Of a stretch of DNA of 64,000 nt, positions 23,720 through 35,814 are shown piece after piece (the first letter of the stretch is position 1; every line of letters starts with the position of its first letter). Below the pieces are notes generated by a model, which had not been told where the DNA came from, did not search any database, and saw only the letters and a list, made by a program, of their open reading frames with translations. Location of the stretch: NCBI GenBank assembly GCA_022605425.2, contig JAKIMF020000011.1, forward strand, positions 248,001-312,000, written 5' to 3'. Source of the DNA: Hamiltosporidium tvaerminnensis FI-OER-3-3. Its lineage: Eukaryota; Fungi; Microsporidia. The translations under genes were made by a program, and so were the position numbers.

Positions 23720-25279
23720 ATGAATCTCTTCACCATTTTTTTAATTCAAAACTCCCTCTGTGCTGGTATTTCGAATCCGATCTTAGACATGAATTGCAAA
23801 AAAGTTCCAGATAATGCCACAGATTCACAGTTTATACAAGATATATTTAATCCTTCCGAACCGCCAGCTCTCGATCCTTTCCATATTAACATAACGAATA
23901 GACATCAAGATGTAATAGACGATATTTCTCGAGTCATACCTTACGTTAAAGTCATTATTGAAGCCCATTTAGAAATAACAAAGTGTATATTCGAAGATTC
24001 CATGAAAGAAGCTATCGAAGAACAATTGAATGATTTTAAGAAGCGCCCAAGTGATCCTAATTTCAAAAGTGAGAAACTCATATACAAATCGATACTTTTA
24101 AATTTTAAAAAAATCTTTTTAAAGAAGTATATTCAGTGTTGCATCAACCAAAATACCTTGGAACCAAATGAAATTAGTGTATTAACAAGAATTGTTAAAG
24201 TGTCGACACTCTCTAAGGATCTTTTTGTCAAAGAAAAGCTCAATGAAATCAAATCTAAAGAAATAACTGAAAAGCTACTCAATACCGAACACGAAATATC
24301 TGAGGTACTTCAAAGTAGTATTGAAGACAAAGCATTTAAGCAAATTATATTTGAAAATTTGTTTGTTGTTTTTGCAGTTAGCTTGCTAGTTCTGAATCAA
24401 AATTTACCAGATTTTTCGGTTTATAATGCAACAAAAAACGAAGAATATTTAAATTCGGAAATCAAAAATAATGAATTTTTAAAAATCATAAAAAAAATAT
24501 ATTCGAAGAATGCATGGCCACTTCCAAAATCTTATGAAAATCGAATTATGCAAACATCAGAACAATCAAAAGAATTACTAATTAAAGAACTTTGTGGGTT
24601 AATTTGTGAGAACTACCAAAACAAAAACTACAGAGATAAATTTAAGAAAAAAATCTTTACATTTATTTTTGAGGATGATAAACAAGATCGTTTACCATTA
24701 GTGATTCAAAATGTTTCGAAAAATATTTTTCCAAATGACTGGTCGAGTTGCGGACTTTTATGCTTTAAAGGAATTCTAGAAAGGCATTCAAATCACACTT
24801 TATACCTATCGTTTAGTTTGTCGATTGAAGACTGGCTCATAGTTTTTATCAGACAAATTTTTTCAAAATTTAAAAAAGAGAGGTTTTACAAAATAGTAAG
24901 TGAAGATTTTCCTGATGCTGAAGCAGTACGAAAAGAAATTCTTAAAGAAATATTTGGGGAAATCCCCGAAATCAGCCCCTTCTGTGATGATATAAAACTG
25001 TTTTTGGTTAAGTTAAAAGAGAATCTTAAATCCCAAACATATATTTCCTTTTATATTTACAAAGTTGAAGATTCAATTTTCAACGATATAATAACCGAAT
25101 TTTTTGAAGAAAAGAAAATATCCAAAACAGAAATTCTTCATGGAGGAAATATGAGTGATATAGATTTAAAAATCAGAAATAATGTTATGAGTTGTTTCGA
25201 ATATTGTTTTAAATCTACTTTGACCAGCCATTTTGGAAATGATGAATTTATAAAGAAAAAAACTATTATTTTTGAATAA
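23720..25279 (+). CDS. Lineage-specific secreted protein family, paralogue 1 (519 aa, mostly helical, K/I/F/E-rich)
   Basis: Intact 1560-bp ORF in DNA where the surrounding elements are decayed. Signal peptide MNLFTIFLIQNSLCAG and a CCC motif before the ATG. No domain recognised. Confidence 0.88.
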   Translation: MNLFTIFLIQNSLCAGISNPILDMNCKKVPDNATDSQFIQDIFNPSEPPALDPFHINITNRHQDVIDDISRVIPYVKVIIEAHLEITKCIFEDSMKEAIEEQLNDFKKRPSDPNFKSEKLIYKSILLNFKKIFLKKYIQCCINQNTLEPNEISVLTRIVKVSTLSKDLFVKEKLNEIKSKEITEKLLNTEHEISEVLQSSIEDKAFKQIIFENLFVVFAVSLLVLNQNLPDFSVYNATKNEEYLNSEIKNNEFLKIIKKIYSKNAWPLPKSYENRIMQTSEQSKELLIKELCGLICENYQNKNYRDKFKKKIFTFIFEDDKQDRLPLVIQNVSKNIFPNDWSSCGLLCFKGILERHSNHTLYLSFSLSIEDWLIVFIRQIFSKFKKERFYKIVSEDFPDAEAVRKEILKEIFGEIPEISPFCDDIKLFLVKLKENLKSQTYISFYIYKVEDSIFNDIITEFFEEKKISKTEILHGGNMSDIDLKIRNNVMSCFEYCFKSTLTSHFGNDEFIKKKTIIFE

Positions 25280-26099
25280 ATTATTAAGTTTTATGCGTTT
25301 TTATAACCAATTTCTTTACAATTTGAAGTTTTACGTGAAATTTACCCTTAAATAATAAATTCTGTGTTGAACAAAATTTTGAAGATATTTTTTTTAAAAT
25401 ACTTCTCAAGTATAAAAAAAATTAATTTAATAAATTTCATATCCAATGACTTACATTATTCCATTACTTACTAAAAAAAATAATCATAAAATGAGCTATG
25501 CAATTCCGACAGCAATTTGATAAAATTATAGTCGTACAAAAAAGTTTTTTTTAAATTCAAAATTGCAGGAAATCATATTTAGCGGACTGAAAACATTTCA
25601 AAACATTTGCGCAACATAAAGCAACTCTGAAGTGTCTGTATGTACTGGGCTAGTACAAAGGAACGAGATATTTTCAATACAGTCATATACTTGAATATAA
25701 CCAAGTGTTTTTTTAAAAATGAAATAAGATGTTGATGTTCGTTGTAACGAAATCGCGTTTTTACTTTATATATTGCCATTTTGGAAAGAGCTTTTAACAA
25801 ACAAAAATAAAGAAGACATCTTTATTACGTTTTTGCTGTAATTTTGACCATTATTCATCTATTTAGTTGTTAGTTATGCAATTCAAATTAAACAATGAAG
25901 TTGTGCTCTAAAAAAATATCATACAGAAGTATGAAGTAGACTCAATTATAATTGAAAGAGTTTAATTGGTTTATTTTTACTTTATTTTGTTTTTTCCTTA
26001 TATTTTATTTTGTATTTAGGATTAATTTTTGTTATTCTATTAAGTTATGGATAAAAAATCACCATAGATCTCTTACTTTAATTTTTATTAATTTCATTT

Positions 26100-29000
26100 T
26101 TCTAAAAATGAGTTAAATCAGAAAAAAAAGCAAATTTTTCTCTTTAAAATAATTTTTTCCACAATTTCAACCACTTCTATCTCTTCCTCCAACTCCAACT
26201 CTTCATTTGTATTAGTTTTTGGTTCCTTTTCTGTGGTTATGCCATGCAAAATAAGGGGTAAAATATGTTTTCTATTTTCCGATTTAAGATCTTCTTCCTC
26301 GTTGTCTATTATCTTTAAAGGGGGTGTTTGTTGTTTATGCATTTCAGCTCCTAAAATAACAATTAATGATACAATCTTCCAGCTCTCTTCGGCATTTGGT
26401 CTAGACTCAAGTCATCTTCGTCGATCAAAAGAAATTGTTTCGACTGTCTTCTTGAGTACTATGAATTATATATGACTCTACATTCATGGGTATTTGCAGT
26501 CTCTTACATACGTCTTATGGTATTTTGTCACAATACCGTTCCAGATTATCACATAAGGAATTATCTCTACAGTACATTAATAAATAAGACCTAACTCAAT
26601 TGCAAATACCTCATACTTCCTAAGATTCTCTGTTTCAACTAGTTAAAGAAAGTCTTGGGTAGTGATTCCTACTTCAATGAGGGTCATCCTATTTTATCTC
26701 TTGTCTAAAATAAATATATCTGGTCTGTTACACCGAATCTTGACATCAGTTTTTATTCTGGCGTCGACTCTTATCTCTGCATATTCGTTATCAAGAATTT
26801 CTTGAACTGAGTGGCTTCTAATTCGTTTCGAAGACTTAAACTTATATTTATTCAGCAAAAGTAAATTTATACATCGTACCATTTCATTGTGTCGTCTTTG
26901 TAGTCATGACTAAACATTTTTTCACATCTCGTTGCTAGGTGATCTACTGTTTTTCTAGACTGGTTGCAGGATTGAAACATACCTTCTGCACCCCAGAATA
27001 ACATTTCCATCCTGGATATAACAGAACACTGTTTCATCACGTGGTCTTACACTCCCTTTTTTTAACACACTTGAGGAGTTATTTACACTTACCAGCTCGT
27101 TATTTCTAGCACTATATAACTTTGAATGTAGTTTTCGGTTTTTGATTTCGTTGTATAGATTAGCTAGTTGAGCTTCTTTCAATTTATTTTTTGTGACTTG
27201 CTCTTCAAACCCGTATTTTACTTTTAAAAAGTTTAAATGCGTGAAAGGTAGGTTTTATTATTATTTTCAACTCTTAAGATTGCTGCTTTTCTGTCGATGT
27301 ATCTTTATGTTTTTCAAGACAATCCTAGAGTTGCAAAAGCATATGTTCGCTTTTAAATTCGCCACTATGTAAACTTCTTCCTAGTTCTTTGCGTGGAAGG
27401 TATAGACGTTCTTTACATCTTAGGCGCATATGTATTTTGTTCTTTACTAACACATCACGCACCGCATCATATAACTTAGAAAAGTCAGTCAGTTCAGTCG
27501 GAGTACATTTATATGATAATTTAGTAAAGAAATTGAGTTTTTTTAATAGCTTGAAATAAATTTCTTGCATTTAATCTCTTGCAATAAAGTCTTTCTACTC
27601 GCGCTTTAAGTTTAGTTTGTACAGCTTCAAATGACTTAATTGTTTGAACACCTCTGCTTTCTTCTATAATGCCAAGGTGTTTATAAACACCTATTCTTTC
27701 AAGAAGAGTAGCAGTATCTCCACCACATTGAACATTAGGAGCCGAATTCTTTTTGTTTTTCCAATCTTATATTATTAATGAACTTTGTAATCTCACTCGT
27801 CATTCCTTCCACTTTTTGTACATCTTCGGCAAAGAGCTTAAGATCATCAATAAACAAGAGTTGATTATTCGCGTAAGATTCTTTATCTGTCTTTATTTTC
27901 ACTCTTGTGTATTTTTAATTAAGCTTTCGCTCAATAGATCCATCCAAAACACAAACAACAATGGTGACAGACTATCCTATTGCAGAATCTCTCCATCGAT
28001 CTTCTTGCACATAATATTTTCAGGCTCAAATGATATATTAATTTTCTATTTTGATATAGATACTTAAATAAATTTCCGGATTCAATCACATAAATTAAGG
28101 TTTTTTATGAATTAAGTCAAATAAGCATGATCCATTGACTCATGGGGTTTTTTGACATGTATACATGTTGCCTTAAGATTTTTTGCGTACTATTTATTCA
28201 TTGAAACTTTTAAAAATACCTGGTATTTTGCTTCTTGCGCTTCTCTAAGCGCATCCACACTGATTATCCGTTAGTAATACTCGTCTTTTGCCTAAAGCTG
28301 TGAACTTTAGTAACACATTTTGACCTATGTTTATACAGGTTATCGGCCTGTGAACAGAATCAGTATTTAGTGTACTTTTAGGTATCAGATAGGTAAGTTT
28401 GCAATAATACCCGTCGACTTGAGGCGTTAATTCGTAACGTATGACTTTCACAATATCGTAAAGATATTTATGATGCTAAGTTTCTTGATCTAAAAGTTAT
28501 AAATACCATCAATTCCGGCGGCTTTCTAGTTAGGCAGCCAATTCATGCTATATTTAACTCTTCACGTGAAGAAAAAGCGGTCTGTTGCGTATCTGACACG
28601 AAAGGTATAAAAAAATCATCTTATGTAACTACCTTATTCTCTTTGTCTATATTGTAAACCAAACTTCTATAATTTCGACAGATAAACCAAATGCTCAAAT
28701 TCAACGCGCTCAGATAAGCCCAGATAGATTCGACCTCGGAATGACTCAAAGACGATTCTCTTTCCGGAATTTCTTCCTGCTCTCTTTAATCGGATGTTTT
28801 TTCTCGTAAAATTCGAAGCCTCATTCTTTTTAACCACAGACCTAGAGAAATCATTTATTCTGCTTAAGTCTAAATTAAACTCTCGCCTAATTTTTCTGGA
28901 CTTTTCGTTTCCGAAGTTAAGCTTTTTCTGTTTTTAAGCCTTCTCAAGAAGATATTTATAAATTACCAACTTGCAAAATTTACTTTCTATACTTTCCTTT

Positions 29001-29845
29001 TAAGCGGATCAAGTTTAGCCTTACTTGTCATCTCGCCATAGCATACATGAGCCGCATGAATGATCCGATCTGAATTACTAACATTCTTAGGCACATAACA
29101 TTCAGCATATTTACCTGTGATTCGATTTATGAGTACGAAAACTTTACTGTCAACTAATTCTACATAAGTTTTCTAGTTCGGACAACTACATCTCCGATTT
29201 CCTTCTCCGTGTTTCCTGGATTTTACAGAAGAACTTTTCTCTTGGGTTCATATAATGTAGTGTCAGTTAAGGAACATGACTCAGTGAGCAAGTTACGATT
29301 CTACGTCGGTCTCTATTCTCTTCTTGCCTTATTTCTCTTTCTGCCTTATTTTTTATTAATTTTTTTAACACATCAGTATCAACAGTTGACCAAATTCCTC
29401 ACTATGGTACCTAAGAAAGCAGACCAGCTATTTCTAGGCATTCTCTCAAATATTTTTTGCACTGCTAAAATAGCAGATCTAGGCCTTTCCTGCTCTACGG
29501 CTGTAACAGAGTCAAGCATTGAATGCAATTATATCAGTCGATTTCCTTCTAGAATAGCAGGTGCATTGAGGTTTTCTATTGTGTTGGCTGGTCTACACGC
29601 AGACGAATCGAGACAGGAAGAAGGGGGTGTGGAATCGAGCAGGCTTACTGGAGTAACCCAAAACGCATTGCTCGATGGGGAGTGGATTTTGTTATGGATG
29701 GTCGGTTGTGGTTGATGCGTCTAGATATCTTCACGTCATCTCTATCACACGTTTTTGTCTCTTTTAAACTAATTTACGATTTGTTTACAGCCTTTATTTC
29801 TTCATTTTTTATATTTTATCTGCCAACTTTTTTTCTTCTACCCAT
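26100..29845 (-). mobile_element. Decayed full-length RLE non-LTR retrotransposon (older subfamily), unit 1
   Basis: ATGGGTAGAAG start at 29845 is homologous to 20615. Fragments include TYLIPK..HRPITC, LLFIDDL, KSSKRIRSHSVQEILDNEYAEIRVD..RPDIFILD and the acidic tail. The 3' boundary is approximate. Confidence 0.88.
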
Positions 29846-31098
29846 AAAGAACACAAAATACATTGAATTGATTTTTATTAAAAATAAATGCTCTGTCATA
29901 TTACGTAACAGTATTTCTAAATTTTCACTCGTTTATGTAATCTTCTTTTTAAAAATTGTAGGAAGCTAAGACAAGCCGAAACCAGATAAATAGCTTAAAT
30001 TTATGTTGATTGTGATGCTTTGGTGCATAATTTTGCTTCAAATGCCACAAACACCCTATAAGTAAATAATAGATTTAATAGTAGTTATTTATACAACATT
30101 TAATAATACTAGGCACCTTGAAATAAAAATCCAAGGGACCAATATGAAAGACGAATTCAATATATTTTTTGTATTTAAAACTTTTAAATTAATAGAAAAA
30201 AGTTATTAACAAAAAAAAACATGTAAAAACAAGCTATTCTATTATAAAAATTCATTGTTTTCTCATTTGAAAAGTAATATAATACAGGAGAAGAAACCAA
30301 ACACGTAATTCAAATGAGGTGATATAAGAAACATGAATAACAAAGACTTATAAAAAATTAAACAACATGATTATATTCATAAAAAATAGTGCAATCAAGA
30401 AAAAATCGCGTTTTTTAAAAAACATGAAAGTGATTAATTTCAAACCGGTTGACTTTTTAACTTGGATTTTGCAAGGCTTGGAATCATAGGAAAAATATTA
30501 TACATGTTCGGCTGATATGAAATAGCTGTTAAGCTTCCTAGAATATATACTAGAAGATTCAACCTATTATTGAGTAGCAAGTTAACATATGCATCGCAAA
30601 ATATGAATTGTTATAAAAAGAAAGTGATATATCAACAAGATGAAATGCTTTTCAAAGTATGTGAACGTTAATTAAATTTTTATATTTATAAAGCTTTTTA
30701 CTGGAAAAAATATAGGTTAGAAAGAGAAATTAAGAAAAGCACTGGTAGCAAAATTATTTTACGAAATGAAAACTTTATCACTTTCAAAGTTAAAATTTCT
30801 TTAAAAATGAGTATGTGTTTGATATAGGTTCGAAACAACTAAATATTTGATATAATTCCTCTTAAGGAAATAATGGTTTGTTATCTGCTTAGAACTGTCT
30901 CTCCGGTAAAACTAATACAACAATTTACCTTGATGGACCGTAGAAGATTTAGCGTCTTGTGATTAGAAAATGCCTCGGAATTACTTCATTATCATATACT
31001 GGTATATTTAAATGCCATTTTTTTACTTTTACTGAATAGAATTTGATTTCATTCTGTAAAACGAACCGAAAAAATTTTCTTAATAAAGAATCCTAAAT

Positions 31099-31331
31099 TC
31101 ATTCATACTTTGCACTACAGCTCTGTAAGCGCGTTGGCTCTCTCAGCAATACTACCCACAGGTCTTTTTCAAGTGGATTTATTTATTTTTCGGGTTTCGT
31201 AACAAGTTAGTTTTAAAGGGTGGCTTGTTAGCCTTACGCCCAACACCAACATGGAGGACCAGTTCTTTTTAGTCGCCTCTTACGACAAGCATAGAATACT
31301 CCAAACCAATTCTGCACCCGGCATGGTTGGC
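31099..31331 (-). mobile_element. Non-autonomous RTE-derived SINE-like element (233 bp), unit 1
   Basis: 15-bp TSD taaagaatcctaaat at 31084-31098 and 31332-31346. Minus strand carries RTE 5'-UTR motifs (TGTCGTAAGAGGCGACTAAA; CTGGTCCTCCATGTTGGTGTTGGGCGTAAGGCTAACAA) and an RTE-type 3' end (GCTGTAGTGC...ATGAATGA). Confidence 0.8.
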
Positions 31332-31358
31332 TAAAGAATCCTAAATAGCATTGTTAAA

Positions 31359-33027
31359 TGTCGCGGCCCATAATCCCCCCCATATCCTTTGTGCCCCGTT
31401 ATTTCTAATACCCCCCCTTTATTTTCAATATATTTAACGCCTCTGTATTTACTATTAATTAATTTTTAACACACCCAAATTAAAATATGAGGTATTACGT
31501 TTCTAAATATAATAAGAGTCAAATGAAAATAAATGTTTATATACTTTTAATTTTATTTTTCACTCTAAAATTTTTTATCGGAATCAATTTTAAAAATAAA
31601 ACCATTTCCTTCTATCTTAACATTTCTTATTTTAAAAATAACATATAGTTAAAAAAAAAGAAAAAAACAAAGTAAAATTTAATCCGCTTTATTAGACTTT
31701 CTAAACAGTTATTTTTTCAGAATTAACGTTTTCTAATTCTATCATATTACCATTAAAACTATTTGTCACTGTAAAGACATAATCATCTAAAAAAGAATCA
31801 AACAAGACACGTTTAGTCTAGTATTCATGTCAAAATGCTTTTTTTAACAAAACCTAATCTCTAATAGGAAGATTTCTTATTTTTTTATTGTAATCTTTAC
31901 TTTCTATGATTCTTTTTTATATTTTTCAAAATTTTTAATTACTTCTGTATTAGTTTAAAAATTCTTATCAATTTCAGAATCAGTGGTTGTTGAAGATGAA
32001 GCAAGATATCAGGACCCATTTACTTCATTATACATTTAAGACCCAATCTCTAAATTCCACTGTGTCTTTATATCCCGGATCATGTTTGCTTGCTGTTTTA
32101 CATAAGAAATTGTTTCGTCAACAAATACTAAATCATCCTAGTTCCTCTGTCACTATATTACCAGAAAGAAGATTATAAATCCAGTTGATCATTAAAAGGT
32201 TGTAATGATGATTTATTTGAGGCACTATGTATTGTTCTATTATAAGCCAATATAACATCAATATAAAAACAGATCCATCTTTTTGTACCTGTAACATATA
32301 ACTTCTTTTGCATACTATCTTTTAATGTTTGATTCATCTTTTCGATTTGTTCCTGTGCCTTTGGATTATGATGTCTTCCATATATTATTTGAATGTTAAG
32401 ATCAGTTAAGTATGTTTCAGCCATTCATTTTGAAATTCTTCATCATTATCAGATTCAATCTCAACTGGAATACCAAAATTATAATAGAAATTTATATGAA
32501 TCTTCTTCGGACTGTGAAGTCTTGTTTATCGTTTTAAAAATATAGAAATACGTTGTATAAGTGTCAATTACGTTTCGAGTCCAATAATCTGATCATTTTG
32601 ATCAGCGTATCTTCTAAGAGCTACACAATTCATCATGAATAAATTGTATTATTTTTTTAAATTTATTCATTGATAAGAGTGATTTGCTCGGAAATTCGTT
32701 TCCTTATAACATGTTATTGCATTATAAAATATTTATTTAGTCGATAATATTAAGCATTAGAAGCCGTAAAACCTTGCATTGGGACTATTTGTATATGTAT
32801 TGCCTTTTAATCGTTTAGATTCAAAGACTCTAATCCGACCATATAAATATGGAAATTTTATTTGAGCAATAGAAGCTGGAGTAAATACGAAATAACCCTG
32901 AAATTATAGGATAAAAATAAAATACAAATAACATATATCTATTATAAATAAGGGTGTTATTAATACATAAAATTGCATTGGAAATAACGGGCACAAAGGA
33001 CATGGGGGGGCACCAAAGACCGTGACA
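31359..33027 (-). mobile_element. Ginger-like (TGT..ACA) DNA transposon with decayed rve integrase, unit 1
   Basis: Imperfect ~53-bp TIRs: TGTCGCGGCCCATAATCCCCCCCATATCCTTTGTGCCCCGTTATTTCTAATAC versus the reverse complement of 32975-33027. Integrase motifs GIPVEIESDNDEEFQN and GRHHNPKAQEQIEKMNQTLK...W...VILAYNRTIHSA. Confidence 0.8.
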
Positions 33028-33695
33028 TCTAATAAGACCACACTAGAAAACCCGATGTAAACATTTAAATGATAGACATTTTTCTTTTTGTCAAAAAAGC
33101 CAAAAATATCATATATTTTCACAAAATAAATCAACTCACTCTTTAGAACTGAGTGAACTGAAAGAATAAAAATAAAAGGATTCGTTCAAAATTACAAAAA
33201 TTAAATACTAAACATTGCCTTAATATTTTACGTTAAGTTATAATTTTGGCTTATAATGTTTACAAAGCATTGTATATATATCTAGAAATAGCAAATACCT
33301 ATTGATTAAGGGGATATATTTAGTAAAGAGTATGGCAATAATTTTTAATTTTTTTTGTAGACGAAAGAAGCTGTGTTTTAACAAATACAGATTCAAATTA
33401 AAGTCCAGTGAAAAATCTTATAAAGCTCTAAAATATGCAAATAATTTTTTGCTAGGTAGAAGTATGGCAATGCAGAGTGATTTATAACCACTATAAAAAA
33501 GTAGAGAATTTTTTTACGAATAGCAAGAATCATAAATCTTGCAATAGTAAACATACAAACCGAATAGATTTTGAAATTCAAATATATAGAAACACGGAAA
33601 AATTCAAATAAAGCAAACAAGAGCAGAAAAAAAAACAAATCATCTAATTAATTATATTTTTTTCTTCGTATTAAATTTTAAAAAATAACAGACTT

Positions 33696-34720
33696 GAATC
33701 TAGAGACACCATTATGATACTAATTTGGCATTTAAAACAAAAATTTAGAAAAATTACACCTAAATTTATATTTGTAACTTTACAATTCCAATTTACTAAC
33801 ATCTTCTACCACTCACCAATAAATTAAATTAAAAAATCAAAAATTTAAACTATGGAAGTTTTAAACAGCTTTATTAAGAGCTAAAAAATCTTGAAATTAG
33901 ATCTAATAATTAATTTTCTCCCTTTTAACAGCAAATACTAAAGGTAACCAAATTTTCTTCAGTTCCTCATCGATTTAAGATAAACTTCATACATGGAAAC
34001 CAATTCTTCTCAATCTTTTGGTAAGAGCACCAGAAGATTTGATAAAATCAATCGCACGAGTGATTTATTGTTTTCTTTTAAAATATTTTTTTCAAATCAC
34101 TATAACCTTTCTAACAGTCTGTATAGATTCTGCTACCGGGCTTCATAAGTTGTAATATTATGCAGGTAATTATTTCTTTAGTTATATCAGAGATAGTTAT
34201 CGACGTTATTTTACGAGCTGATTTTCTTTCCCCTAACACTATTGTACTTTTGTATACCAAATTTAAATTCGTGAATTTGCTCAGATAATTTCATTGCCTC
34301 AAATATATTCCTGCGTTACAGTCAAATTACTTTTGTTTTATCATTCATTTTTTTAACTAATGTCTTTAATCTTCTATTTATAATATCTCGACATAAATAT
34401 TGTTCTCATTTGTGTGTTTGCAAGGAAACCAAAAGCTGTTTTTAGATGATTTTAAGATTTTTTTTATAGTTGTCGAGCAAAGTACCTTTAAAACCAGAAA
34501 CTTTCTTTTTACATGTAGACCATGTATAAATTAAAAATAATGATGATTATGAATCGAGAATTATTCAAGAAATACAAGTGCTGCATTTTTGGGCCAAAAA
34601 AAGTTAATATATGGCACTTAAGCCAATCACTAATATATCGAAACTAAAACTCATGTAAAATTAAATTTTTTGAATTTTTGTTTTTAAAAAAAATTTAGTA
34701 TTAAAAAAGTACTTTTCACC
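33696..34720 (-). mobile_element. Merlin relic, copy 2
   Basis: Homologous to 20801-21835. Flanked by aacagactt / aacaagctt, a possible degenerate 9-bp TSD. Confidence 0.75.
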
Positions 34721-35814
34721 AACAAGCTTTTAATTTCGAATATTTAAGAGTCAAAAATGTTGAACAAGCAATCAAAAAGCCAAATTAAACTTATATTCTT
34801 ATATATTAAATCATGGGCGTAAACCAGAAAAAATACATTAAATGATCACAAAAAAACAAATGTCAATCAAGAATATTTTCGTTTTTTTAGCAAACAATTT
34901 GAACAAAAAAAATGCAAACATGATTTATATGTGCGCAATACAAACTAGAGTATATGCAAAGGTTGTTTTATTGCACCAGATTGCACTAAATTCACGCTTT
35001 TGAAAAAAAATACAATGAATGAATAATTTTTTGTTAAAATAGGTTGTCTGATTAGATTTATAACGTAAGAAAAAGTTATTACTTTATTTCTTTTTTGACA
35101 TATACTTTAAGGATGGAATTATTTCCCCGTTTTGGAAATCGGCTTCGGAATATAGAATTAATTCTTCCGCCAAATCAAGAGTTTTTTTAAAATAAAAACC
35201 AGACGATTTTTTTAATTTGGATATTCTTATATATAATTAATGCGCGTCTCATAAATTTATGTTGATTTGATTCTTTCAACCTGATAAATTCTGTTTTTAA
35301 ATCGATTTTTATTATTAATATAGAATTGAACATAAATAAACATCCGATATGCAATGAATGTGTGGAATTGGTTTGAGAATCACTGGTTAACATTTTGATG
35401 AGATATAAACCACATTAGATATATTGGCTAATCAATCATAATTTCGTATTAAAACAGATTTAAAGAAGTAAATTTCAACTAAAAGACAATCTCAAGAATA
35501 CATTTCTTCATACGGAAATCTTACTATGACTTATGCAACATAAATTTTATAGATTTAGCTCAGAAAAAGAGAGGAATCTATGAATTTCGTTTTGGTTTGA
35601 CCCCTTAAAACAGGATTTTCGTAAAAGAGGAATTAAAAATGAAAATGCAAAGACATTGACCATCGACAAAACGCTTTAAATATGTTCATCATAAACACCT
35701 AGAAGTGGAAAAAATCGGGATTAAATGAGCAATAAAGATTTGAGAAGATATATAATTGATAGTCTAAGAAATTTTCTGTTGCAAATAAATTATTTTAACT
35801 ATTGAAATTGAAGC

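Noticed and set aside
23720-29845. Diversity-generating-retroelement-like pairing of a reverse transcriptase with a hypervariable gene
   Set aside because: The RT is a decayed non-LTR element. No template-repeat/variable-repeat pair is seen, the substitutions are not adenine-specific, and the variation is N-terminal and dispersed.
29209-29969. 168-aa and 95-aa plus-strand ORFs repeated in each unit (also 250-579, 1306-1626, 16871-17191, 20107-20469, 27753-28067)
   Set aside because: These are antisense shadows of the retrotransposon ORF. They recur only because the DNA is duplicated, and they are broken differently in unit 2.
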